A stretch of DNA of 64,000 bases from Octopus vulgaris (lineage: Eukaryota), in assembly GCA_951406725.2 (NCBI GenBank), contig OX597835.1, forward strand, positions 23,312,001-23,376,000, read 5' to 3'. This document shows, piece by piece, positions 1 to 13,569 of this stretch (within the stretch, counting starts at the first letter, position 1; each line of letters starts with the position of its first letter). The notes under the pieces were generated by a model that saw nothing but the letters and a program-made list of their open reading frames with translations, searched no databases and was not told the DNA's origin. The position numbers and the translations under genes are program-made.

Positions 1-54
1 ATGTCCAAATTTGACCAAATACTTTTCTTTCAATATTTATTTTTCTTCCAATAG

Positions 55-90
55 CTAGTTCTTTTGGTCAAACTGATGTATCTCCAGCAG
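55..90 (-). CDS. Tentative terminal coding exon of the caspase-8-like gene (LLEIHQFDQKN*)
   Basis: Preceding exon ends in phase 0 at a gtatgt donor. A T-rich stretch ending ctaaag here opens a 12-codon frame ending in TAG. No homology support. Confidence 0.3.
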   Translation of the reverse strand: MLEIHQFDQKN

Positions 91-653
91 CTTTAGATGC
101 CAAGATATGAAAATTGCCAAAGTGTAGTACAACAGTTGAGCATTTTTCAAAAGTCTAGTAAGTCCCACATATGACACTCACAAACCTGCACACATATATG
201 GAGACATATACATATACATGCACATGTGAATACACACACACACACAGACATGGAGACATACACGTATACATGCCCATATGAACATGAAAAACACACAAAC
301 CTGCACAAATATATCAAGACACACATGTACACATGAACATGTGAATACACACACACATATGGACACATACATATACACATATGAACACACACACACACAC
401 ACACAAGCCTGCGCACATACATGGAGATATACACATACACATGCTCATATAAACACACATGAATGCACACAAACACACACACACACACACATACACAAAT
501 GCATACTCACAAATACAAAACCAACAGACATAACTCATAAATGTACAAACACACACACACACACACAAACCATCATCCTTGTTTAACGTCCGTTTTCCGT
601 GCTGGCATGGGTTGGATGGTTTGACAAGCCAGGGAGCTGTCCAGACCTCCAAT

Positions 654-1079
654 TACTCTCTCTCTCTCTTTAATCTTTTTCTTGTTTCAGTCATTTGACT
701 GTGGCCATGCTGGAGCACCACCTTTAGTCGAGCAACTCGACCCCAGGACTTATTCTTTGTAAGCCCAGTACTTATTCTATCGGTCTCTTTTGCCGAACCG
801 CTAAGTGACGGGGACATAAACACACCAGCATTGGTTGTCAAGCAATGCTAGGGGGACAAACAGAGACACACAAACATACACGCACGCACACGCACATATA
901 TATATATATATATATATACGACGGGCTACTTTCAGTTTCCGTCTACCAAATCCACTCACAAGGCTTTGGTCGGCCCGAGGCTATAGGAGAAGACACTTGC
1001 CCAAGGTGCCACGCAGTGGGACTGAACCCGGAACCATGTGGTTGGTAAGCAAGCTACTTACCACACAGCCACTCCTGCA
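654..1079 (-). mobile_element. tRNA-derived SINE (octopus-type, CORE-like central domain, internal microsatellite)
   Basis: Head ggagtggctgtgtggtaag...ggttcagtccc (A/B-box-like), CORE-like gcaccttgggcaagtg, tail cagtcaaatgactgaaacaag. More than 15 near-identical copies in the window. Confidence 0.85.
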
Positions 1080-1210
1080 CCTGCATGCATAAAATACAAT
1101 TGTACTGATGCCTGTACACAAACACACACAAACATACAAATGCATACAGCAAACCCACACACACACATATTATGAAGAAGAGGAGGAGAGAAAGAAAGGA
1201 TGATACATAC

Positions 1211-1343
1211 CAAATCCTTTTGAGGATAGCTGAGGAAACGTAACATTTTCCGAAGCTGATGTCTGTGGGTAGGCAGCTGTTTATCTCCTAAACCTTCATC
1301 TGACACGGAATTTATGACACTTGTAATCATTTCTAGAAGATGC
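1211..1343 (-). CDS. CASP8: Caspase-8-like exon, small-subunit C-terminus (HLLEMITSVINSVSDEGLGDKQLPTHRHQLRKMLRFLSYPQKDL)
   Basis: ttttcag acceptor and gtatgt donor. The phase-2 entry matches the previous exon. KQLP...LRKMLRF matches the caspase C-terminal KQMP...LRKKL.F motif. Confidence 0.85.
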
Positions 1344-1385
1344 CTGAAAATGCACAGATGCACATCATCATTATCATCATCATCA

Positions 1386-1778
1386 TTCTTTTATTCTTTC
1401 ACTTGTTTCAGGTATTTCACTGTGGCCATGCTGGAGCACTGCCCTTAGTCGAACAAATCGACCCCCGGGACTTACTTTTTTGTAAGCCTAGTACTTATTC
1501 TATCAGTCCCTTTAGCTGAACTGCTAAGTTACAGGGGCATGAACACACCAACATTGGTTGTCAAGCAATATTGGGGGGACAGACACAGACACACACACAC
1601 ACACACACATATACAACGGGCTTCTTTCAGTTTCCGTCTACCAAATCCACTCACAAGGCTTTGGTGAGCCTGAGGCTATGGTAGAAGATATTTGCACAGG
1701 GTGCCATGCAGTGGGGCTGAACCCGGAACTAGGTGGTTGGTAAGCAAGCTGCTTACCACATAGCCATGCCTGCGCCTA
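1386..1778 (-). mobile_element. tRNA-derived SINE copy (same family as 654-1079)
   Basis: Aligns end to end with the 654-1079 copy. Confidence 0.8.
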
Positions 1779-2973
1779 TCATCAATATTATTATTATTAT
1801 TATTATTATGATTATTTTCGTTGTTGTTGCTTAATATGAGCCATTTTAAGTAACATCAAGAAAGCTGAAGTAACAGCAAACTGAATCTGTCACTTTGAAT
1901 GCTCTTTAAGATAATTATTGACGGCGCATGACCTAGTTGTTAGGGTTTTGCACTCATGACTGCAAGATCACAATTTCAATTTCCAGACTTAATAAAGCAT
2001 TGTGTTTTTGAGTAAAACCTTTCATCTCACACTGATTTGCGATCACTTTGACATGCGGCACACCAGACACCTATTCCCGTCAATGTCAATTTGATGGAGA
2101 GAATGAACTAATGTACAGTAAATACATTTGATCCTTATTAACAAATTTTTGTGGGTCATTTGGTGAAAGCTGAAGACTCATATGTTGTCTTTGACAGGAG
2201 AGTCATTATTATTACTATTATTATTAGCAGCACATGCCATCAAAGTGACACTGGGGTAAAATATACAAAGCCCAGTATACCTATCATAGCTACCCATCTG
2301 ATAAGGGTACACCAGGCACATGCATCACAACCATATGTGCGCAACATGGTGATCTCATATCAAGATTAACAGCACATGGACCTTGCAGATGGGGCCCAGT
2401 TAGAATTTTCTGCAGGTTGAGTAGCCCATCCTGCTCGAAAGGTCCCTGAATAAGGGTTGTTTAATGCTTTTGCTACTGTATTAATTTTGAGATGCTCTGT
2501 GTTTCTTTCAATTAATTTTAAATATAACAAAGAATTTAGTAAAATACTTATCATTCAGCTAGTGTTAGGGACATTAATTGTAACTAAGGTTTCGTGGAAG
2601 ATTTTAATTCAAAACTTATGTAAACAAGACATTTGTACTCAGAGCCAGAGGGGGTTTCAGCCAGGTTGGAAATGAATGGGTTAAAGATGTTGAAAGAAAC
2701 ACCCATGTTTCCAAAGGTGAATTATCCAAACCCCAAAGAATTCTTCTCAACACATGGCTACGATGCCCCCCCCACCACCACCACTACTTCTGCTCATAAT
2801 CAGGGATGCACATATTGTCAGCCACTCTTCTCTCTTAACAACACCCAACATTTCTCCCTAACCTTCTTTCTCTTTGTAGGAGAACACAGTTAAGTAATTG
2901 AACCACAGAAAAGTAAGAATGTTTTTTTTTTTTTTCATACTTGCATCAACTGGGAATAAATTACAACACTTAC

Positions 2974-3121
2974 TTTTCTTCAGCATTAGTTGAAAATTCT
3001 TCAGTAATATGTTTGATAAATCTGCATCCATTCTGTGGACACCGATATGAAAAATAACCAGCTATGGTAGACATGAAGACAGAAACATCTGCTTTTAACA
3101 CAGGATTTTGATAATGTACAG
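2974..3121 (-). CDS. CASP8: Caspase-8-like exon, small subunit (PVHYQNPVLKADVSVFMSTIAGYFSYRCPQNGCRFIKHITEEFSTNAEE)
   Basis: ccttttag acceptor and gtaagt donor. Carries the AD...ST..GY.SYR....G..FI p10 motif. Phases 1 and 2 are consistent with the neighbouring exons. Not in the ORF track. Confidence 0.9.
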
Positions 3122-5667
3122 CTAAAAGGAGAAAAGAAAGCAAATGGGTTGTTGTTGTTTATCTCAAGATCTGCCCAGATCCATCAGATCTTTTAGCAAA
3201 GAAATTACATCATAGTTCTCATCTTCATTGTTTAGCATCCATTTTCCATGCTGGCATGGATTAGACAGTTTGACTGGAACTGGTAAGCCAGAGAGCTTCA
3301 GTCCGGTTTGGCTTAATTTCTATGGCTGGATGCCCTTCCTAATACCAACCATCCAGGAATGTAGCAGATCCCTTTATGTGTCACCTGCACAGCTGCCTCT
3401 TACACAACACTGGCAAAGGTGCCTTTTATTCATCACTAACACGAGTATCTGGCCATGACTACAGTTCCACTTGGCTTGATGAATCTACTCAAGCACAGCA
3501 GATTGCCAAAGATCTGGAACCATGTGGTTGAGAAACAAGCTTCTTACCACACACCCAAACCTGGAGAGTGTTTTTTTAACCTTTCAGAAAATAAAAGAGC
3601 ACCAAATGATGGGAATGTATCTCATTTTCTTCCATTTCACTTTTCATGTAAAAACAGTAGAAATAAACCATCCATACAGTGATCGTATAGAAAGTTGTGT
3701 TGGAATATCACCATTTAGAAAATATAGAAAAAGCACCATTTGAGTGTGGCCACTGCCAGTATCGCCTGACTGGCCCTCGTGCCAGTGGCACGTAAAAGCA
3801 GCCACTACACTCTCGGAGTTAGGAAGGGCATCCAGCTGTAGAAACTCTGCCAGATCAGATTGGAATCTGATGCAGCCATCTGGTTCGCCAGTCCTCAGTC
3901 AAATCGTCCAACCCATGCTAGCATGGAATGCAGACATTAAACAATGATGACATATACTTCTGTCATATGAGATACAAAATCACATATTCAAGTGCCACCA
4001 CTTGAAAAACTGGCACAAACTTTTGTTCCAACCCAATAAATTGGTCATTTGTTAAGTTCTAAATAATGAGCGCAAGACTATCCATTGTCTTTCCAACAAT
4101 AACCTTGGGCAGTTTTTTGAATAACATGCGTGACACTCAGGGACATGCTCACAAAATCAAAAGAACAAAACAGTACCTAGAACTGCTGAAGCATGGAATA
4201 AACTATCTGCATCAGTTGTTAGTTGCTGAGACATTACACCCTTTGAAACTTCCATGCTTCCTGAAATTTGTCACATTGCACCCCCAACCTGCCATTTTTT
4301 CTTTTTTGTCTTTTTTGAAGATTTATTTACTGCTTCACCCCCTGTACATATTCGATGTACAGTTCTTGTAGTTTTGGTTACTTTTTCTGAGGAGTTGTAG
4401 TGCACCTGAACACTGTGTACAAAATTCATTATCATCTTCATCATCATCATCATTATTATTATTATTGAGTGAGAGAGCAGTTCATGCCATCAAAGTGACA
4501 CTGGGGTAAAATATACGAAACCCAATATACCCATCATGACTACCCGTCTGATAAGGGTATGCCAGGCACATGCATCACAACCATATGTGCGCGACATGGT
4601 GATCTCATATCAAGATAAACAGCAAATGACCTTGCAGGTGGGGACCAGTTAGAATTTTCTTCACATTGAGTAGCATTCAGAATGTTCAGCCAAATGTAAT
4701 GCTTTTTCATTCACATTGTTTTGAACTAATCGAGCATTATCTTATAGTTTTGAAATTTTGAAGATGTGATTGTATATTTTTAGTATGTCATTGTTGAGTA
4801 GATGTGAGAGGTCAGTAGAATATTTGAACCAGATATATCTAGGACCTTGTTATCTAATACATCTTTAACCCTTTAGCTTTTAAACTGACCATATCCAGCC
4901 CAAATATTCTACTGACCTCTCACATCTACTCAACAATGGGTTCAAATTCCACCGAGGTTGATTTTGCTTTTCATCCTTTCGAGGGTCAATAAATTATGTA
5001 CCAATTGAACACTGGGGCTGGTGTAATTGACTAGTACTCTCCGTCCAAATTCCAGGCTTTGTACAAAAATTTGAAACCAATATATATTTGCCCTTTATTA
5101 TATTCTAAATTCCAGCTTAATCGCCTTTTACTTGTTTCAGTTTTTGGACTGTGGCCATACTGGAACATCACCTTAATAGGTTTAATTGAACTAATTGACC
5201 ACCACGGTAGGTATGTTTTTTAGGTCCGGTACTTATTCTATCGGTCTCTTTTCCTGAACCAGTAAGCCACAGGGATGTAATCAAACCAACACCATTTGTC
5301 AAACAGTGATAGGGGCTATGAACACAAATACATAAACTGGCTCTCTGTCAGTTGCCACGACGAGGGTTTCAGCTGATCCGATCAACAGAACAGCCTCTGC
5401 TTGGTGAAATTAAAGTGCAAGTGGTTGAGCACTCTACAGACATGTGTACACTTAATGCAAGTTCTCAGGGAAATTCAGTGTGATTCAGAAGGTGACAAAG
5501 CTGGCCCTTTGAAATACAGGTACCACTCGTTTTTGCTAGTTGGGTGAACTGGAGCAATGTGAAATGAAGTGTCTTGCTGAAGGACACAATGGGCTGGTGG
5601 GAATCGAACTCACAACCTTACAATCATGTACTGAATATCCTGAAGACTAAGTTATGTGCCTTCACTA

Positions 5668-5817
5668 TCACACACACACATACACACACATGCAAACACA
5701 CACACAAACGCACACACACAAACGCACGCGCACACACACACACAAACACACACACACACACACAAACACACACAAACACACACACAAACACACAAACGCA
5801 CACACACACACAAACAC

Positions 5818-5852
<35 letters not shown>

Positions 5853-5904
5853 CACAAATACACACACACACACACAAACACAAACATACACACACAAACA
5901 CACA

Positions 5905-5971
<67 letters not shown>

Positions 5972-5995
5972 ACATACATATAAATACATATATAC
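5668..5995. repeat. (CA)n/(CAAA) compound microsatellite
   Basis: Directly visible. It is the source of the spurious HT/VC ORFs. Confidence 0.95.
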
Positions 5996-6227
5996 AGAGA
6001 GCTTCCACAGTTTCCATTTACCAAATTCACTCGCAAGGCATTGATTAGCCTGGGGTTATAGTAGAAAACTCTTGCTCAAAGTGCCACACAGAGGGATTGA
6101 ACTTGAAACCATGTCATTGCGAAGCAAGCTTCTTACTCATACAAACATGTCTTTACCTAGAAATATATTTAAAAGTCATTTTGTTTGTTTTTCTGTCTTA
6201 ACTCCAAAAACCAATAAATGAAAAATA

Positions 6228-6622
6228 ATGGCTGTGTGGTACAAAGCTTGCTTCCCAACCACATGGTTCCATGTTCAGTCCCACTGCATGGCACCTTGAG
6301 CAAATGTCTTCTGCTATAGCCTTAGGCCAACCAAAGCCTTGTGAGTGGATTTGGTAGAAAGAAGCTGAAAGAAACTCATCGTGTGTGTGTGCGTGTGTGT
6401 GTGTGTGTGTATTTGTGTGTCTGTGTGTATTTGTGTACCCCGCCTACCATTGCTTGACAACCGATGTTGGTGTGTTTGCATCCCTGTTGCTTAGTGGTTC
6501 AGCAGAAGGGACTGATAGAATAAGTACTAGGCTTACAAGGAATAAGTCCTGGGGTTGATTTGTTCAACTAAAGGCGGTGCTCCAGCATAGCTACAGTCAA
6601 ATGACTGAAACAAATAAAAGAA
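6228..6622 (+). mobile_element. tRNA-derived SINE copy
   Basis: Same head, core and tail as 654-1079. Confidence 0.8.
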
Positions 6623-6681
6623 TATACTTCTTCATCAGACAAATTATCATGGTAAGATCAAAGAATTCAAACATTACTTAC

Positions 6682-7008
6682 GGGGACCCATAGCATCAAT
6701 AGAACAATCTTTCTGATCATTTTCGTTTTGACATGCTTGGATAAAAAATAATTTCGGCTTATTTTCAAGAGACGGGCATTTGTCTGTATTAAAGAGCTCT
6801 ATCAAGTCATTAATCACCACAGGTTTAGAGTCGCTTCCAAATACTTCATCTTTTGCTCCATGTGATAGGATGAAGCAGGCAAAACAATCATACAGCTTGT
6901 GGTTTTCATCACTATATTTTTTTAAACATTCTTCCATTTTATTGCTGCTTAAATCTCGATGTATTTTTACAGTGAATTGAAATTTTTCAAATAATTTCTT
7001 AAGTTCAT
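6682..7008 (-). CDS. CASP8: Caspase-8-like exon, large subunit with catalytic His (ILSHG) and Cys (KPKLFFIQACQN)
   Basis: ttacag acceptor, gtaagt donor, 327 nt, phase 1-1. Motifs DCFACFILSHG and CPSLENKPKLFFIQACQ. Confidence 0.95.
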
Positions 7009-7409
7009 CTGTAATATAATATATAATAATTGTTTAAAAACCAAAAAAAAAAAGACATTTAAAAATAGTGTAATTATAATATGATTTATAATATTTCTTA
7101 ATTAATTATAGAAATGATACTAATAATTACATAGCAATTGTATATTACAGTTTTAACCCTTTAGGCATTGAAGACTATTTTGTCAAATGCATCGTTTATT
7201 TATATTGTTTTGAATTAATCATGTATTATCTTATAGATTCGAGATGTCAATGATGTCAACATTTATTATTAAAATAGCAGCATAAGGTCAATGCGAGGGG
7301 GCCATATGTTTTGAAGGGCTGAAAGTAGAACAGGTAGAATATTTGGGATGGGATATCATTTAACTTTTATTCAAATATGAAACAGAAACAGCACTAGTGT
7401 AAAAGACAT

Positions 7410-7628
7410 TATTCTTTTCTACTCAAGGCACAAGGCCCAAAATTTTTGGGGAGGAGGGCAGTCGATTAGATCGGTCTCAGTACGCAACAGGTACTTAATT
7501 TATCAACCCCAAAAGGATGAAAGGCAAAGTTGACCTCGGCAGAATTTGAACTCAGAACGTAAAGACAGATGAAATACCACTAAGCATTTCACCCGGTATG
7601 CTAACGCTTCTGCCAGCTCACTGCCTTG
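7410..7628 (-). mobile_element. Second SINE family (Meta/Nin-like core gcctttcatcctt..ggg.tgataaattaagtacc)
   Basis: tRNA-like head plus a conserved core. A related fragment lies at about 4938-5080. Confidence 0.6.
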
Positions 7629-7809
7629 TAATGGCCATTATTGACCACACATTCTTAACGTATACGCCTCATGTATTTGCTGGTAGGCTGCAATTTGCTG
7701 GGGTGAAAATTACTCTCTCAAGGTGCCAGGTGTTGAAATACCTGAAAGTCATGGACAGGTGAGACAACTCACCTGAAATCCCATTCAGGAGTGGTGGACA
7801 TTGATGTTA

Positions 7810-9723
7810 CAGCATGAATTTGAACAGTGCATAGCAGCCAATCCTGACAGCAAGGTTTTCTGGAAATATGTGCATTCGAAGCAGAGACCTCACTCTCCAG
7901 TGGACCCTCTTCGCAACCCTCACACAAGCCAAATCCCTGACGATCCCAAGGAATGCGCAGAACTCATTGCCGAGTGCTATGCAAGCATATTCACTGTTGA
8001 AAATCAAAATGTACCATCTTCACCATCTCTAACAGCAAATTCCATAACAACTATGGAATTTACACCTGCAATGCTGCAACGTCACCTTCAAAATAAGCAC
8101 AACTATGCCTCCCTTGGTCTTGATGGCGTTACATACCTGCTTCTCAAACGTGGCAGGTACTTCCTTTTACACCAGCTTTCTATTTTTTTCCAGTACTGTC
8201 TCAACAATGGTACTACTCCGGAGCAGTGGAAAACCACCAGTGTCATTCCTCTGTTCAAAAAGGGCGACCGCACATCACCTGTCAACTATCGCCCAGTCAG
8301 TCTCACTAGGTGTATTGCAAAACTGATGGAATCGTGTGTCAGAGAAACACTTTGGAACTTCTGGAGCTCTCACAGTCTCATCTGACCCTCACAATATGGA
8401 TTTGTCCCAAACTCCAGCTGCACTGATCAGCTTGTCGAGTTCCTTGAGGACATTACTCAGATCACTGACAGTGGCTCATGGGTGGATGTTGTCTACCTTG
8501 ACTTTGCTAAGGCTTTTAATTCTGTGCCACACAAAAGGCTTATGGTGAAACTCTCTGCAATGGGTGTGAGGGATGATCTTTTTAACTGGTTGAAATCCTT
8601 CATTCTCAGCCGAAAGGAGGTAGTCACAGTTCTAGGACAGCATTCTACACCATATGAGATGTCATCGGGTGTACTACAGGGATCTGTTCTTGGTCCCCTC
8701 TTGTTTGTGACATACATTAATGACATAGATGCCAATTTAAAGAATGCCACGGTATTGAAATATGCAGACGACATCAAGCTGTACCTTGAAATCAAGAGGA
8801 CAGATCCTGATGTCTACAACTCTTTCCTGCAATCAGACTTGGACACAATGCAGCAATGGATCACAGACTGGCAACTGAAACTGGCTGTGGACAAGTGTAC
8901 CACCATGCATTTTGGGAGAAAAAACCCTGCATCCACATACTTCCTCCACAACACTGATATCAAGAAATCCTCTTGCGAGCCTGACCTAGGCATCACTGTC
9001 AGCAGTGATTTGCGTTGGACAAAGCATATCTCTAAAATTGCCAAGAAGGCCGAGGGTGTCTTGGCATCACTCAGCAAGACTTTTGTTAGCCGCTCTCCAG
9101 CCATCTATTTAAAGCTGTATACAGCTATGGTACGACCACACTTGGAATTCGCATCATCAGTTTGGAACCCCTATCTTGCTCAGAATATTGACCTCCTGGA
9201 ATCTGTTCAGAGACGTGCAACCAAATGCATACCCTCCATCAGACACCTACCGTACTCTGAGCGCCTTGTTTCCCTGGGCATGGATTCACTGAAGCTCCGG
9301 CGTCTGGTGATGGACTTGGTAAACACCCACAAAGTTATCAACCACCTCACCAACAACAACACTGAACACCTTTTTGATCTCCATGTGTCCAACACACGTG
9401 GACATGCCTACAAAGTCAGAAAACAGCACAACTCCCATGACTTTCGGAAACATTTTTCCACGCTCAGAGTTGCTAAAGCATGGAACAAACTGCCTGCGTC
9501 AGTTGTTGACTGCCATGACACTGCATCCTTTAAGGCCCTCATGCTTTCTGAAATCCGCCGAAACTACACCTGATTGTCCCCCTTCCATACTCATACACAT
9601 ATGTGTATGTCATGACCCATGCACTGTTCTTTTCCTGACGCTTGCACATTACCCTATGTACTATACATACATTTTAGATGAGTTGTAGTGCACCTGAGCA
9701 CTGTACACAATGTTTTATTATTT
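7810..9723 (+). mobile_element. 5'-truncated CR1/L2-type LINE, RT pseudogene (in-frame TGA at 8383-8385)
   Basis: NYRPVSL, YLDFAKAF, QGSVLGPLLF and YADD motifs, with a (TTA)-type tail. 3' fragments of the same family at about 4126-4465 and 62400-62672. Confidence 0.9.
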
Positions 9724-11771
9724 TGTGGCTTATCAACATGAAAATCTTTTATCATTTACTAGTCTCAGTCATCAGATTACAGCCAAAAGCTAGTTGAACA
9801 AATCAACCTCAGTACATATTTTCATATATTTCTTTTTTAAACCTGGTACATATTATATTGGTCTCTTTTGCCAAACTGCTAAATTATGGGGGTGTAAACA
9901 CACCAACACCGGTTATCAAGTAGTGGTGGGGGCAACCAAATACAAATACACACACACACATCCTATGAGCTTCTTTCAGTTTTCATCTACTAAATCCACT
10001 CACAAAGCTTTGGTGGGACCAAGGCTGTAGTAGTGAACTGAACCTGGAACCATGTGGCTGGGAAGCAAACTTCTTACCACACAGCTGATCTTGCTTCCTA
10101 ACCACATGGTCTAGGTTCAATCCCACTGCGTGGTACCTTGGGCAAGTGTCTTCTACAATAGCCTCAGGCTGACCAAAACTTTGTGAGTGGATTTAGTAGA
10201 TGAAAACTGAAAGAAGCCTGTCATATGTGTACGTGTGTGTCTGTGTATTTGTCCTCCCCCCCCACCGCTTGACAACTAGTATTGGTGTATTTATGTTCCT
10301 GTAACTTAGCAGTTCAGCAAACAAGACTGATAGAGCAAGTACCAGGCTTAAGAAATAGATCCTGGGTTCAATTTGCTTGACTGAAACTCTTCAAAGTTGT
10401 ACTCCAGCAAGGCCACAGTCAAAATGACCAAAACAAGTAAAAGAATAAAAGAGAAACAAAGAAAACTTTAGGTAGAGGGAACTCTTTGCACAGGACATTT
10501 CACCGCACACTGCCTCGGTTACCATAATTGCAAAAAATTAGTACCAGAGGGCTTTTTGTTCATTTTATTTATTTCTCTTCACTTTTTCTAGGCACAGATG
10601 TGGTTGTGTGGTAAGAAGCTTGCTTCACAACCACATGGTTCCAAGTTCAGGCCCACTGTGTGGAACCTTGGGCAAGTGTCTTCTATTATAGCCTCAAGCT
10701 GACCAAATTTGGTAGACAGAAACTGAAAGAAACCTGACATATATATGTGTGTGTTTTGGGGTCTGTACTCATCTACCACCACTTGACAGCCAACGTTGGT
10801 GTGTACACATCTCCATAAATTAGCAGTTTAGCAAAAGAAACTGATAGAATGAGTTCCAGGCTTAACAAAAATGTAAGTACTGGAGTCAGTTCCTTTGATT
10901 AAAACAAGTTGTTCAAGGTGGTGCACCAGTATGGCTGCAGTCTAACAACTGAAACAAGTAAAAGATAAAAGATGAACATTTCCTTTCCTATAATAGACTG
11001 CTATAGTCTCAGGTTTATCTCATCTGTTTATTAACATAACAGAAATTCATTTCATTGGCTTACAACAGGTAACTCTTAGAAGAAAAAATATTTAGAAGAA
11101 CAAAAATTTGAAAATTAATGACTTGTAGGGACACCAGATTTAATTATACAAACATAATATACTACAAAGAATATTAAACACTTTATAAGTCAAATATGTA
11201 TTGTACTGTGTTAGCAGTGCTATTATTACAAGTAATACTGAAGAAGGAACAAGAACTCCTAAAATATGTATATACACCCATTACCTATTTTTCCATTGTG
11301 AAGGCGTGTGGCTTAGTGGTTACAGCATTTAACTGTAATGTCTTGAGTTCAATTCCTGGTGACACATTATGTCCTTGAGCAACATACTTTATTTCACGTT
11401 GTTCCAGTTCACTCAGCTGGCAAAAGTGAGTAGTACCTGTATTTCAAAAGACCAGCTTTGTCACATTCTGTGTCACGCTGAATCTTCCTGAGAACTACCT
11501 TAAGGGTACACGTGTCTGTGGATTGCTCACCCACTTGCACATTAATTTCACGAGCAAGCTGTTCCGTTGATTGTTTCAGCTGGGACCCTTGATGTCATAA
11601 CCAACGGAGTGCTCCTTAATTTTTCCATCTTTTATCGCATTGTTGTTTACATTAGATGAATTCGGATATTAAACATCATAACAAATCGGTGCTAGCTATA
11701 ATTTCTATAGAAAATCTATAGCGATAACCTTAACATATGAAATTTGAAAAGGTCTCTGAAGACCAAATTAC

Positions 11772-11843
11772 CTTCATCCACTTCAGCACCTTGTCTCCGT
11801 GACCCACCAACAAATTCAATGTTGTTTATTATGACACAATACC
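11772..11843 (-). CDS. CASP8: Caspase-8-like exon (GYCVIINNIEFVGGSRRQGAEVDE)
   Basis: ttccatag acceptor, gtaatt donor, 72 nt. Carries the classic GYC.IINN..F and R.G...D motifs. Confidence 0.92.
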
Positions 11844-12416
11844 CTATGGAAATAAAGTTAAAAAAAAGGCAAGTGAAATGAGTTTAATTCATTAGATTTC
11901 AAATAACAAATAAATATAAGGTATGAGTTTAAATGAGTTTATGATAGGGGGATACTGACCACATTCACAAGAATTTTAATTAATTTCTTTTCATTGTAAG
12001 TTAGTTCAAGAACGAGATAACTGTTAATGAACTTCACAGACTCTCTCAAACAAGTGAGGGAGATGTAATGAAGCAAATGCCCAGCCTGGATATCTGCATG
12101 TCAATAAGTTGAGATAGACGTGACTAAAGGTTAGGTGGAATTTTGTGCAACAATGCTAAAGACATCTAAATTAAATTTGAATTACAATTAAATTTAAATT
12201 CAATTGAAATAAATTCAATTTAAAATTATAGTCAATCTTCAGGTTAACGATAATAGTTAAATAAATAAGCAAATAGAGTTAAACAATATTTATTTTTAAA
12301 ATAATAAAACAATAATTTTTCTTATAGAAAAAACTCCATTAACTAAATTTGAAAGTTAAAACATTAGGATTATTTCCTACAACACATTTATTATGTTAAA
12401 TATTTAATATTTAAGG

Positions 12417-12469
<53 letters not shown>

Positions 12470-12686
12470 GAGAAAGAGAGGGTGGGTTAAAATAATCACC
12501 TTAAGGGATAGAAAATATCCAATCAAGTACTGGTTTGTTACCTATTATTTTGTTGTGAATAATAACATTCCAAAGATAATAGATTTAAATATAAATCTTG
12601 GTTTATAAATATTCAAATTAAAATCCAGAAAATGAAGTAGTAGTGTTAATTTAATCTTTTAACAGCAAAAATTCAACATGTTCAAT

Positions 12687-12766
12687 TACAGCTGTTTTGA
12701 TTTTGCCCAAAAGAATTAAATTCCAGTAATTAAAACATTTTATTGGGCAAAATCTCATCAGAGGAG
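12687..12766 (-). ncRNA. Degenerate type I hammerhead ribozyme in a Penelope-like remnant
   Basis: CUGAUGA, a 12-bp stem II (gattttgcccaa/ttgggcaaaatc), AAAA in place of GAAA, and palindromic stem III ACAGCUGU-A. Stem I is poor. Confidence 0.55.
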
Positions 12767-12960
12767 TAAAAAAAAGACATATCGTTAGGTTACATGTTAT
12801 TCTTCCAAAACATCTCAACAGACTGTCTGTTGGAAGTAAATAGATTGTAAGACACACTCTTGCCACACAATGTTGTTCATCTCTATTTCTTTTCAAAATT
12901 CTCTTCTTCAGAGTCAAAACACATATAAACAAAAGAGAGAGAAAAAGATATAAAACTGAC

Positions 12961-13011
12961 CTCTTGGCACAGATTCCATTCTATAACAGTCAACACTCCT
13001 CCGTTTGGACT
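12961..13011 (-). CDS. CASP8: Caspase-8-like exon (xSKRRSVDCYRMESVPR)
   Basis: Pyrimidine-rich ttttaag acceptor, gtcagt donor, 51 nt. Y.M...PRG marks the start of the caspase domain. Confidence 0.88.
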
Positions 13012-13528
13012 CTTAAAAGACAGAGAAAACAGAAAATTGTTTCATCATCATCATTATCATTATCCTCATCATCAAACATCAGCTTTCCATGCTGGCATGG
13101 GTGGGAGGGTTTGACAGGTGCCGGTCAGGCAGAAGCCTGCACCAGACTTTTGTGTCTGTTTTGGCAGGATTTTTACGGTTGGATGCCCTTCCTAACACCA
13201 ACCACTCAGCAGAATGCATGTGTAGATATTTTTTAATATTTAATTTGAATGAGTCCAATACAATGTGGCCTCATAACTTACATACTCTTTGCTCTTTTAC
13301 TCTTTTACTTGTTTCAGTCATTTGACTGCGGCCATGCTGGAGCACCGCCTTTAGTCGAGCAAATCGACCCTGGGACTTATTCTTTGTAAGCCCAGTACTT
13401 ATTCTATCGGTCTCTTTTTGCCGAACCGCTAAGTGACGGGGACATGCTCACTTTTCATCTTTTCTCCCATCATCATCATGACGATACCTAATTCAAAACA
13501 CCATGCAGTATTTATAAGTTAATGACAC

Positions 13529-13569
<41 letters not shown>

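Noticed and set aside
147-652. Cys/Val- and His/Thr-rich ORFs (also 5574-6048, 33098-33485, 46951-47508)
   Set aside because: Translations of (CA)n/(TA)n microsatellites, not genes.
835-1092. Recurrent MSSNARGTN.../MLGGQT... ORFs (also 21170-21577, 22216-22593, 32257-32448)
   Set aside because: Chance frames in antisense SINE copies.
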